Source: an uncultured Bacilli bacterium (GTDB lineage: Bacteria; Bacillota_I; Bacilli_A; ML615J-28; CAG-698). From it: 64,000 nt of DNA. The stretch is taken from the NCBI GenBank assembly GCA_934096585.1, contig CAKOMG010000008.1:34690-98689 (forward strand). The letters are read 5' to 3'. Under the pieces are notes generated by a model. It did no database searches. It was not told where the DNA came from and saw only the letters and a program-made list of their open reading frames with translations. Shown piece after piece: positions 49,001 through 56,497 of this stretch (the first letter of the stretch is position 1; each line of letters begins with the position of its first letter). The translations under genes and the position numbers were made by a program.

Positions 49001-50600
49001 AGTTCAAGGTGGATTTGGTGGTCTTATTGAAACAAATTCAACAAATGGTAAAATTATTTTTAATTCAAATAACGCAACAATTAATAGATTAATAAGCATC
49101 AAAGAATTAGCTAACTCTGAAGTTTTGAATATAAATCATGGAGTTGTATATCAAGACACTCAATATTCAAGACTTAAAATGTACAATGGCGAAAGCATTA
49201 ATAGTGGTTATAGTACTGTTGCTGCTGGAACATATTATTCTATTCAAGATAATTATGGTAATTATGGATGGCGTACAGATAAATTAAATATTAGTTATGA
49301 TTTAAATGGAGGATCTGGCATTACTCCTGATCCTATTCTAAACATACCTGTTTCAACGGGAGGTTATACTATTCAATCTACAGACATACCATCTGATGTT
49401 TTCACTAGAGAGTATTATGAATTTATTGGTTGGGCTCTTGATGGTCATGGAAATTCTATGATCATTCCAAATGAAACAATTATTTATGCAAGTTCTGTAT
49501 TTTATGCAATATGGAATCCTATCCCATACTCTATTACATATCATAACGTTTATTATAATAATTGTGGAAGTGGAGACAATTTAGATATTAATCCGAACCC
49601 AAGTGAATTAACTATAGAAAGTGCTTTTAATTTGGGCAATCCAACAAATGGAAATTACTTATTTGATGGTTGGTATACTGATCCATCTTGTAATAGCGAG
49701 TATCGTATTACTAGTATTCAAAACATGCATAATGATTTAATCTTATATGCTCATTGGTTCCCAGAAGGAACTAAAACAATTACTATTAAGTATAATATTA
49801 ATGTACATTCAGATGTTACTGATTTAATTCCTGATATGCCCGATGAAACAATTCCTCTTGTCAATAATCAAACGTCTTGGCAACCTATGGACCTTAAAGC
49901 AATAGCTAACAATAATAACACAATACAATATTACTTTGAAGGATGGTATTTTGAAGATGGTACTGATTATAGTCCAGAAGAATTATCAAGTAGAATTCAA
50001 GAAGATAATACTATTACTACAGTAACATTAAAAATATATGTTAAAGCTAAACTTAAAGTAACATATGTGGATGTTGAAGGCTTTGAGTACATTAGTAAAC
50101 CTGATGATTATTATATTATTCCAGGATCCACAATTACTTTAGCAAGTGGTTCTGCTCAAACTATCACAGATGATGCAAAAGGAGAAAAAAAGATTTATAC
50201 TTTTTCAACATATTCAATTACTGGAATGACAGGACAATTTGATCTTGGATCTTCTGTTCAAATCAATAGTGCTACTGATAATATAGTTACTATAAAACCT
50301 ATTTTAACAACAAAATCATTATATAAAATTAGCTATTCAGATAGTAAAAAAATTGTAAGCAGTATAACTTATGATGGTACTAATGTAACTGATGGTATGT
50401 ATGTTGAAATAGGCAAAGTGTTAATCGTAAAACTTAAAAATGTAGGAAAAACAGATACTGCTAATTCTTTAACTATAACAAACGGCAGCATCCTTGAAGC
50501 AACATTTACTCAAGCGAAAACATGGTTTGGATCTGGTAACCCTAAAGAATTCACTTATACATGGTCATCCTTTAAGGGCACTTTGATTATTTCAAGTTAA
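46083..50600 (+). CDS. cassette C giant surface protein (N-terminal anchor, MBG-type repeats, beta-helix-like core, Listeria-Bacteroides repeats)
   Basis: TTG start 2 nt after the small-gene stop, with an AGGTGAG SD. IGFSTWIITN, INAGEYLIKVKY, INAGQYNVKVTAS, NYYGTIEKGL. GW repeats YYEFIGWALDGHG, YLFDGWYTDPSCNSEY and YYFEGWYFEDGTDY. Confidence 0.85.
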   Translation: MIEFKKIKVFLIMVLIIPILVLIGFSTWIITNKLIIKPDIEVNKVLTEYLNSQEGTYNGNVLLPNSKVIGIVNNGRNTELTYYYKQNTDDNYIECVDSNTSIGPINAGEYLIKVKYIVNDTIYTIDNIAFKINKAIYDMSNITFNNTSKVYNRENQIIECNGTLPKGVTVTYTGFGKNVGEYPITASFSGDTRNYEAIPDKTATLTITPKDISECRIYFSNVDITTENNGFIFLSERTLSYIQSGLTIKDNEDILNESSEYTIDWNNCGVLPGSTNTANISGTGNYTGTSTITYKIEQPELIVVASLEGQIDSATYDGNIHYPSVKVITKYSSTPLTDYTLSYDMEPINAGQYNVKVTASKSGYLDGSSSVSIVIYPASIKDAVVNVSSHSDNPNFFVYNNGNEIRPSVESVVLNGKTLTVNTEYNVSSYSSNRNACTNAAIVTVKGTGNYTGEASGSFSILKATPIVTLPTFIKNTIIEGEKPTIKSQGVAKHNNVNVSGTFTSSNINNITFTVGTNPTSEFGINYSFIPSDTNNYNTISDAGSVTVTVYGVGYNSSNKNYYGTIEKGLSAAASGQTLWVVTKIYENSGFYPTIKSNCAVGSGITLALTYKDGDYSTGYKIYNNGDSYVSNPDGNAIGACLKVNNTATITINGTLLVGGYMDVNSITQARASLMNNGIINFESGSIVKAYGNIKGIGNIYAKSGSTIYDAFRIYDFPGARYAAGMYYKTKKPLASDTYNNIMPFNCYSLHNISCPINIYYNCNYFARYQLNVSNTIYADDIKMFGSNGFFNLTTDNEGSLDKGYIRRTIEDTTKSTNINSSFSTSNQDLTQREVYEIYSNIIDNEIHVSLKILTVSVNINTSTDLAMPIGLMKLIIKNGYTVTFSKNSYKFLPGSLLQIDEGGKLLLNNATNTIFYDEYYDNFTSTNQGGTSTNHASFSYHIQHKALYNVSNDIYTVKENYISKIIVNGTLEVQGGFGGLIETNSTNGKIIFNSNNATINRLISIKELANSEVLNINHGVVYQDTQYSRLKMYNGESINSGYSTVAAGTYYSIQDNYGNYGWRTDKLNISYDLNGGSGITPDPILNIPVSTGGYTIQSTDIPSDVFTREYYEFIGWALDGHGNSMIIPNETIIYASSVFYAIWNPIPYSITYHNVYYNNCGSGDNLDINPNPSELTIESAFNLGNPTNGNYLFDGWYTDPSCNSEYRITSIQNMHNDLILYAHWFPEGTKTITIKYNINVHSDVTDLIPDMPDETIPLVNNQTSWQPMDLKAIANNNNTIQYYFEGWYFEDGTDYSPEELSSRIQEDNTITTVTLKIYVKAKLKVTYVDVEGFEYISKPDDYYIIPGSTITLASGSAQTITDDAKGEKKIYTFSTYSITGMTGQFDLGSSVQINSATDNIVTIKPILTTKSLYKISYSDSKKIVSSITYDGTNVTDGMYVEIGKVLIVKLKNVGKTDTANSLTITNGSILEATFTQAKTWFGSGNPKEFTYTWSSFKGTLIISS

Positions 50601-50614
50601 TTAAAAAATTCATA

Positions 50615-50650
50615 AAAGGACAAACCTTTCTTAGGTTTGCCCTTTTTCTT
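50615..50650. terminator. bidirectional terminator between convergent genes
   Basis: AAGGACAAACCT-TTCTT-AGGTTTGCCCTT with A/T runs on both sides. Confidence 0.7.
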
Positions 50651-50655
50651 ATCCA

Positions 50656-51294
50656 TTATTCCTCTAATAAATCCTCTATCCTACATCCTAATACTTTAGA
50701 TAATCTAAATAATATATCTACTTGTGCTTTATTTATATCATTCTTCCTTTGTTCATACATTTGAATATTTCGAATTGATACTTCTGCTGCTTTTGCTAAT
50801 TCACTTTGAGATAAACCCGCAATACTTCTAAATTTTTTTAAATTCGTTACTTCCACTTTTTTATTTACATATTCATCTGCAACACTATAAAACTTTGTTA
50901 TATCAGCTTCATGTAATGGGTTATATAAACCAATTATTTTATCAACCGGAAATCTTTTATTGATAGTTTCAAATGATATACATTTATAGTTTTGATAATA
51001 TGCAAGTACATAACCTGTCCAGTAATATTTATTGCGATCAAAAAAAGGTTTAATGTTTTTTAACTTTTCTCTTTCTTTAGATTCTTCAATAATTATATAC
51101 AATAACTCTTCTGCTGATAAACCAACTAAATACTTAGGATTACCTCTTTCTATTTCTTTTGCAACTTTTGAACAAACAAATCTATTCCAAAAATTAATTA
51201 TATCTATTCCACAATTATTAACATATGTTAACATTGTGCCTAAGTTATCAGCAACACTTTCAACGTATAGCTCATTATAAGATCTAATTGACAT
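50656..51294 (-). CDS. DUF3791-like domain protein with a C-terminal XRE-type HTH
   Basis: I prefer the ATG at 51294 (MSIRSY), 5 nt after GAGGTGG, which overlaps the upstream gene by 11 nt. C-terminal HTH LKKFRSIAGLSQSELAKAAEVSIRNIQMYEQRKNDINKAQVDILFRLSKVLGCRIEDLL. Confidence 0.7.
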   Translation of the reverse strand: MSIRSYNELYVESVADNLGTMLTYVNNCGIDIINFWNRFVCSKVAKEIERGNPKYLVGLSAEELLYIIIEESKEREKLKNIKPFFDRNKYYWTGYVLAYYQNYKCISFETINKRFPVDKIIGLYNPLHEADITKFYSVADEYVNKKVEVTNLKKFRSIAGLSQSELAKAAEVSIRNIQMYEQRKNDINKAQVDILFRLSKVLGCRIEDLLEE

Positions 51295-51937
51295 CTTTTC
51301 CACCTCTTCTAATAATATCCATTATAAACAAATCATTAGAATCAATCTTTTTAGTATTATTGGTATAATATTTTCTTGCTGTTTCATCTCTTTTCATTCT
51401 TTTATCATAATACTCCACTGGATTAACAGTATCAAAGCCCAAATATTTTATATTATCAAAAGCATCTTTTGATTTTAAAACTATTTGTATTCCAAGTTCA
51501 CCTAAATACATGGCTTCTTCAAGTTGTTTGATTGAAATAACATTATTTATAAAATCTTTCGCAAAACTAAAGTATGAATCATCAGCGCGATATCCAATAA
51601 TGATATCATAATTATCTACATCTATATAATAATTGTTGATTAAAAATTCTTTTGCTTCCCCTCCAACAACTGTGTTAATAGAAAAAGATCTAAATTTTAG
51701 TAATATTGCCATCCAATTTAAAATACTATATTTAGTTAAATATAATACCTTATATTTACTTTCATCTATTTCATATTTATTGGCATAACAATTAGCCTCA
51801 AAATCTGTACATGCCCATTCTTTGGCAAGTTCTAAACTTTCTGTACAATAAAATCCTAAGCCATAGTCATTATAAATATTACCTTTTTTAAATATTGGTT
51901 TTTCAATTATATTTTTTGATCCATGATAAATAATCAT
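51284..51937 (-). CDS. DUF3990-like protein
   Basis: MIIYHGSKN...DYGLGFYCTESLELAKEWA. The conserved GFY motif is the family hallmark as I recall it. Paralogous to the core of the 31225 ORF. Confidence 0.7.
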   Translation of the reverse strand: MIIYHGSKNIIEKPIFKKGNIYNDYGLGFYCTESLELAKEWACTDFEANCYANKYEIDESKYKVLYLTKYSILNWMAILLKFRSFSINTVVGGEAKEFLINNYYIDVDNYDIIIGYRADDSYFSFAKDFINNVISIKQLEEAMYLGELGIQIVLKSKDAFDNIKYLGFDTVNPVEYYDKRMKRDETARKYYTNNTKKIDSNDLFIMDIIRRGGKDVN

Positions 51938-52090
51938 TTTATATACCTTTCCTTTATTATATTATATCATTATAATGATATAGTGTCAAATACATATTAT
52001 AATTATATTACATTTTACAAATATTATTTATAAAAAATGACAAGCATTTAACTTGCCATTAATTTAAATTTTTTAATATAAATAATAAAA

Positions 52091-52771
52091 CTATGCTTCT
52101 AGTAATTTATATCTTTCTCTATATTGATTATACTTGCTCCAACTTAAATGATGATCATTCATTAATCTACCTAAACAAATATATGGTTTCACATTGTTTT
52201 CTTTCGCTAAAGAGAATATAGATTTTAAATCATATTTATTTTCTAAAACAAACTTTTCATAACTTTCTTTTGAAATTAAATAATTTGCAGCACATTCATT
52301 AGCACGCTTTTCTATTATATCTTGTGTATCACTATAATCTATATAAATATTTTTAATATTACCATTAATAATGTGAGCAATCTCATGAAATAGTGAAAAC
52401 CAAAATATATCCGCATAGCCACCTCGTATTGTCATATATAAAGATAAACCATCTCTACTGTTTTTTCTAATATATCCTTGTACTGGAGCACCAGAAAAAC
52501 TTTTCATCAAATAAAAACTTATTCCGCATTTTGCAAATACTTTACGAAGTTCTGGAATAATATAATCCGTATCTAAAAACATAATATTTTTAATATCACT
52601 AATGGATTTTTTTAATAAATCAATATTAAAAACAATATCTTCACTATGTTCACTGTTTTCATCAATTAATTCACACAAATGTTCCCAAGCATATAAAACA
52701 TAGTCATCAACGCTAATGCTTTTATTAATTCTATATGCACCAGTATGAGTCAGTTTAGGTATCTGGAGCAT
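52091..52771 (-). CDS. ImmA/IrrE (M78, DUF955) family metallopeptidase, possibly 5'-truncated
   Basis: HExxH within SLFHEIAHIINGN. No convincing SD. The 5' end abuts an unrelated gene remnant on the other strand. Confidence 0.7.
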   Translation of the reverse strand: MLQIPKLTHTGAYRINKSISVDDYVLYAWEHLCELIDENSEHSEDIVFNIDLLKKSISDIKNIMFLDTDYIIPELRKVFAKCGISFYLMKSFSGAPVQGYIRKNSRDGLSLYMTIRGGYADIFWFSLFHEIAHIINGNIKNIYIDYSDTQDIIEKRANECAANYLISKESYEKFVLENKYDLKSIFSLAKENNVKPYICLGRLMNDHHLSWSKYNQYRERYKLLEA

Positions 52772-53016
52772 TAAAGATCTCTTATTCTACTTCAATTACA
52801 CTTGCAATACATTACTCTTATTCCAAAAAAGGAAAAAGGGAAAATGATTGTTCTTCTGCAAACTACATTTCCTATAACGGAACAAAGGTTGGTAGTAAAG
52901 CAGGCGGAAGTTATAAACTATTTAGTGACGGCTTTTATGCATTACAAGATCAAAACGATACTTATACACCTTCAACTGCAGATGTTGCAATTGAAATTTA
53001 TTCTACGCCAGCATAA
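52759..53016 (+). pseudogene. 3' remnant of a further giant-adhesin paralog
   Basis: An 85-codon frame without a start (..SSANYISYNGTKVGSKAGGSYKLFSDGFYALQDQNDTYTPSTADVAIEIYSTPA*). It is followed by a copy of the terminator found after giant C. Compare SSITYDGTNV in the giant C tail. Confidence 0.55.
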
Positions 53017-53024
53017 TATTTCAT

Positions 53025-53062
53025 AAAAGGACAAGCCTATTTCTTAGGTCTGTCCTTTTTCT
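53025..53062. terminator. diverged duplicate of the 50615-50650 terminator
   Basis: TTCATAAAAGGACAAGCCTATTTCTTAGGTCTGTCCTTTTTCTT compared with TTCATAAAAGGACAAACCTTTCTTAGGTTTGCCCTTTTTCTT. Confidence 0.6.
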
Positions 53063-53203
53063 TCTTTATTATAATAAAAAAAGAGAGTCCAGCACTAGTT
53101 GCTTTTCTCTCATAAAAATTAAAATTATTTTTTTTCTATTTTCGGCTAAAAATAGACAAACCACATTTCGAATCACTAGTTGATTCATTAATATTGTATG
53201 CTA

Positions 53204-53232
53204 ATTTTATCATAAATATTATGCAATGTCAA
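53204..53232 (-). promoter_or_regulatory. near-consensus promoter candidate reading toward the ImmA-like gene
   Basis: Minus strand has TTGACA, a 17-nt spacer and TAAAAT. Confidence 0.45.
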
Positions 53233-53262
53233 CATTTTTTTAAAATTTTTGTTAATACTTTT

Positions 53263-54696
53263 TCAACTTAAATATAATTCTTGATATTGTGCTAATGCAT
53301 AATCATCTGTCATATAAGATATATATTTTGCAATTTCTTTTAATAAGATATTACCGATTAGAAATTGATAATATTCTGTTTTAATGTTATTATTGTTCAA
53401 TTTCATTTCTTTAATTAAATCTCTAAATTTTTTATTTTCATCATCATTACGTTTACAAAGATTTGCATATTCGTTTTTGATTTTATTTATAACTTTGTCA
53501 TCCAATAATTCTGGATTATTGTAATATGCTTTAAATAACTGACGAATAATATATTTAGATTTACCATCAGACTTTCTTATAGCAATATTTTTTAAAGAAT
53601 ACTTCTTTTTAATAAATTTAATATATTCTATTTTAAAATATGTAGATTTATTATCAAAATTAATATAATTATCTCTACTTATATACTTACTATAATTTGA
53701 AATATTTAAATCATTTGTATTTTTTTCAAAGTAAAAATATAATTTTTGACATTCTTTTAACATTTTTATCTTTTCTTCATAGATTTTATCTTTAAATTCC
53801 ACTCTTACTTTTTGTTCAAAAGTATTAATTACATCATCAATAAAACCATTTTTAATAGCTTTTAAGATTTTATTATTCATACTACGCATGCTACTTTCAT
53901 CTTTATCTTCACATTTTATATTCAATATATTTGATAATTTCAACATTTTATTATATCTTAAAGTGTCATCTAAATCAGAATACAATTGCGCTATTTCATC
54001 AGCTATAGCAATAATTTGGCCTTCCAAAGACAATGAGAAATTATTTATATAAGAATTTTGATTAGAAAAATACTTTTTATATAGTTCCGTGTTTTTTAAA
54101 ACTAGTTTCAACCAATTCAATTCTGACACATCTACTCTAGCTAGTTTATTATCATAAGTAACATCAGTATGCTGTAATACTCCATCTAAAATTTTCCAAT
54201 ATGTAACATTATTTTGTATTAAAAGTTCTACAGAATTGACATTATGCTTAAAAAATGAAGTTTTTTTAATCCATTCTTTATAAAACAAACCGTCATTTGA
54301 TTCTAATTGTGTTTTAAAATCATTATCGTATATAAGGCCTCCTAAACTATCATCTCTTTTTAAAATTGATTGAATCGTTCTTTCTCCAACATGCCCGAAT
54401 GGAGTATGACCAATGTCATGAGCTAATCCAATTGCTTCAATTAATTCTGTAGAAATAAAGTTTGCATCGCTTAATTCAAAAAGTCTTAATAATACATTAT
54501 TTGCTTTTCTGGCAATATCTTTAGCAATAGTCACAACTTCTAAAGTATGTGTCATTCTATTTCTATAATGATCGTCCATAGATACTGAATACAATTGAGT
54601 CTTACTTTTTAATCTTCTTATTTCTTTTGAAAAGACAATTTGCTCCAAACTGTGATTAATAATGTTAAGTTCATCATCATTATATATTAAATTCAT
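53263..54696 (-). CDS. dGTPase-like HD-domain deoxynucleoside triphosphate triphosphohydrolase
   Basis: RMTHTLEVVTIAKDIA (H..) and GLAHDIGHTPFGHVGER (HD...H) match the Dgt/dNTPase family. GAGG SD. The C-terminal half is long and K/N-rich. Confidence 0.75.
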   Translation of the reverse strand: MNLIYNDDELNIINHSLEQIVFSKEIRRLKSKTQLYSVSMDDHYRNRMTHTLEVVTIAKDIARKANNVLLRLFELSDANFISTELIEAIGLAHDIGHTPFGHVGERTIQSILKRDDSLGGLIYDNDFKTQLESNDGLFYKEWIKKTSFFKHNVNSVELLIQNNVTYWKILDGVLQHTDVTYDNKLARVDVSELNWLKLVLKNTELYKKYFSNQNSYINNFSLSLEGQIIAIADEIAQLYSDLDDTLRYNKMLKLSNILNIKCEDKDESSMRSMNNKILKAIKNGFIDDVINTFEQKVRVEFKDKIYEEKIKMLKECQKLYFYFEKNTNDLNISNYSKYISRDNYINFDNKSTYFKIEYIKFIKKKYSLKNIAIRKSDGKSKYIIRQLFKAYYNNPELLDDKVINKIKNEYANLCKRNDDENKKFRDLIKEMKLNNNNIKTEYYQFLIGNILLKEIAKYISYMTDDYALAQYQELYLS

Positions 54697-54857
54697 TTTT
54701 TACCTCATTTCTAAATCTTTTTATTAGTAATTTAATCATCTTTATTGTATCATTATTTTTTCAAAAAAATCAACATTTACATATAAATTTTGTGGTTTTT
54801 TATAAATTTTTCAAATTTTAAATAATCATTTTATAAAAAATTGTTTTTTTATAAATT

Positions 54858-54975
54858 TTATTTTTCTAATAAATCTTCTATCATTTATTCATACATTTGA
54901 ATATTATGAATTTCTACTCCTGCTTATTTTGATAATTCACTTTATGATAATTCAGAAATAATTCTATACTTTTAT
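54858..54975 (-). pseudogene. decayed copy of the 3' end (HTH region) of the 50656-type gene
   Basis: TTATTTTTCTAATAAATCTTCTATC..TTCATACATTTGAATATTATGAATT..GATAATTCACTTTATGATAA aligns to 50656-50830 with a ~60-bp internal deletion and substitutions. Confidence 0.6.
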
Positions 54976-55017
54976 ATTCATTTTATCTCTTTTGTCTATA
55001 AATTTGATAATATGTAA

Positions 55018-55287
55018 TTATTCAAATCCTAATAATTCTTTATCATAATTAGCTTGTAAATTAATCCAAAAAATTGCATCCATTCCTAAAGCATATTCTA
55101 ATTTTTTCGCAAAGTTTATAGAAATATTCTTTTTTCCACTTATAACATTACTTATATGCTTTTCACTACATCCACACCTAATAGCTAAATCCTTTGGACT
55201 CATATTTTTTTCGTCTAGAACTTCAGCTATCGTTTCTCCTGGATGAATAATGAAATCACGGGATAATCCATTTATTTTTTGTACCAT
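55018..55287 (-). CDS. HigA/VapI-type XRE-family HTH protein (antitoxin-like), no cognate toxin gene seen
   Basis: IHPGETIAEVLDEKNMSPKDLAIRCGCSEKHISNVISGKKNISINFAKKLEYALG. GGAG SD. Confidence 0.8.
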   Translation of the reverse strand: MVQKINGLSRDFIIHPGETIAEVLDEKNMSPKDLAIRCGCSEKHISNVISGKKNISINFAKKLEYALGMDAIFWINLQANYDKELLGFE

Positions 55288-55408
55288 GATATTTACAACT
55301 CCTTTTGTTAAGTAGCTTATTATAACATTTATAACTCTTAATTACAATAAGCATTTTAATTATAAAGTATCATAAAAAAATGACAAGTATTTAACTTGTC
55401 ATTTATTT

Positions 55409-56494
55409 TTACTCTAATTCCCAAATTGCATATAACGTTAAATTTGAAAGAATAGGTGTAATATCAGTAAATGGACCAGATGAAGGAGTTACAATCTTAT
55501 TTCTATACCAACCCATAAACTTATATCCAGGTCTAGTTGGAATAGGAATTGCTCCCCAATTATTGTCTTCAAAGTATGTATTTCTTCTAACAGGATATAC
55601 CTTATAACTTCCTGCTGGCATACTGGCTTTTACTTCACTATCTGCATCATTAAGTTCAAATGTAATATTATAATAATTATTATCATCTTCAAAACTAACA
55701 ACACTTACCCATACACCATTTTCTTTAGTGTAAATAACTTTATGAGCATGATCAAAGTAATAATCACCATTACTACCTAAATCAAATGAAGGAACAGATG
55801 CCCCACTAAACCACTTGTTTGGTTCAGCTGGTTTATTAAATACTAACCTTTCACTTGTTCCATCACTATAATTTACAGTTAAAACATATAACCCTTCTTC
55901 TTCTGAAGCCATCATTGAGCTAATACCTAATCCTTTTTCAGGTGCAGGAATTGTTATAACAACATCTTCAGATTTTGAAAAGTGGAAAGAAATAGTTGTT
56001 GATTTATCATCATTAACTACAACATCATAACCAGTCATACCATTTCCTTCATCACCCTTTTCACCCTTTGGTAAAAGAATTGGATCAGATGTAGTATTGT
56101 TACTATAACTTACAACCATATATGTATTGTTATCTTCTTCATTCACAAACGTAGAAACACCAATAATTGATATACCATGAGGTACAGTAAATGTCACTGG
56201 ATCCTTTTTATCATCTGTATATGTAATTGTAAGAATTGTTGAAGAGGAATCTTCACTCTCAGTTGTAACAATAGATTTAATACCAACACCATCAATTCCT
56301 TGTGGAATATAAAAGACATCAGGTGCTCTTGTTTCATCAGAATATGTGATTGTAATTTTTGTTCTTCCATCACTTTCCACTTCGTTAGTGATAGAAACAA
56401 TCTCAAGTGCTTCATCACCATTAAAAAATGTACAACCTGTAAGCACAAAAACAAATAATAGTAAGAACACAAATAATAGCTTTTTAAATTTCAT
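55409..56494 (-). CDS. repeat-containing lipoprotein with a C-terminal Listeria-Bacteroides repeat (operon gene 6)
   Basis: Lipobox VLTGC. Four ~40-aa units of the form ..I(T/S)Y(S/T)D.....P..(F/I)..P.G..G.GI. C-terminus RPGYKFMGWYRN. Confidence 0.75.
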   Translation of the reverse strand: MKFKKLLFVFLLLFVFVLTGCTFFNGDEALEIVSITNEVESDGRTKITITYSDETRAPDVFYIPQGIDGVGIKSIVTTESEDSSSTILTITYTDDKKDPVTFTVPHGISIIGVSTFVNEEDNNTYMVVSYSNNTTSDPILLPKGEKGDEGNGMTGYDVVVNDDKSTTISFHFSKSEDVVITIPAPEKGLGISSMMASEEEGLYVLTVNYSDGTSERLVFNKPAEPNKWFSGASVPSFDLGSNGDYYFDHAHKVIYTKENGVWVSVVSFEDDNNYYNITFELNDADSEVKASMPAGSYKVYPVRRNTYFEDNNWGAIPIPTRPGYKFMGWYRNKIVTPSSGPFTDITPILSNLTLYAIWELE

Positions 56495-56497
56495 GTT

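Noticed and set aside
52802-53026. A 74-aa ORF from the track (MQYITLIPKKEKGK...).
   Set aside because: A different frame over the same DNA gives an adhesin-tail-like sequence, followed by the duplicated terminator. The track ORF is the less plausible reading of a pseudogene remnant.
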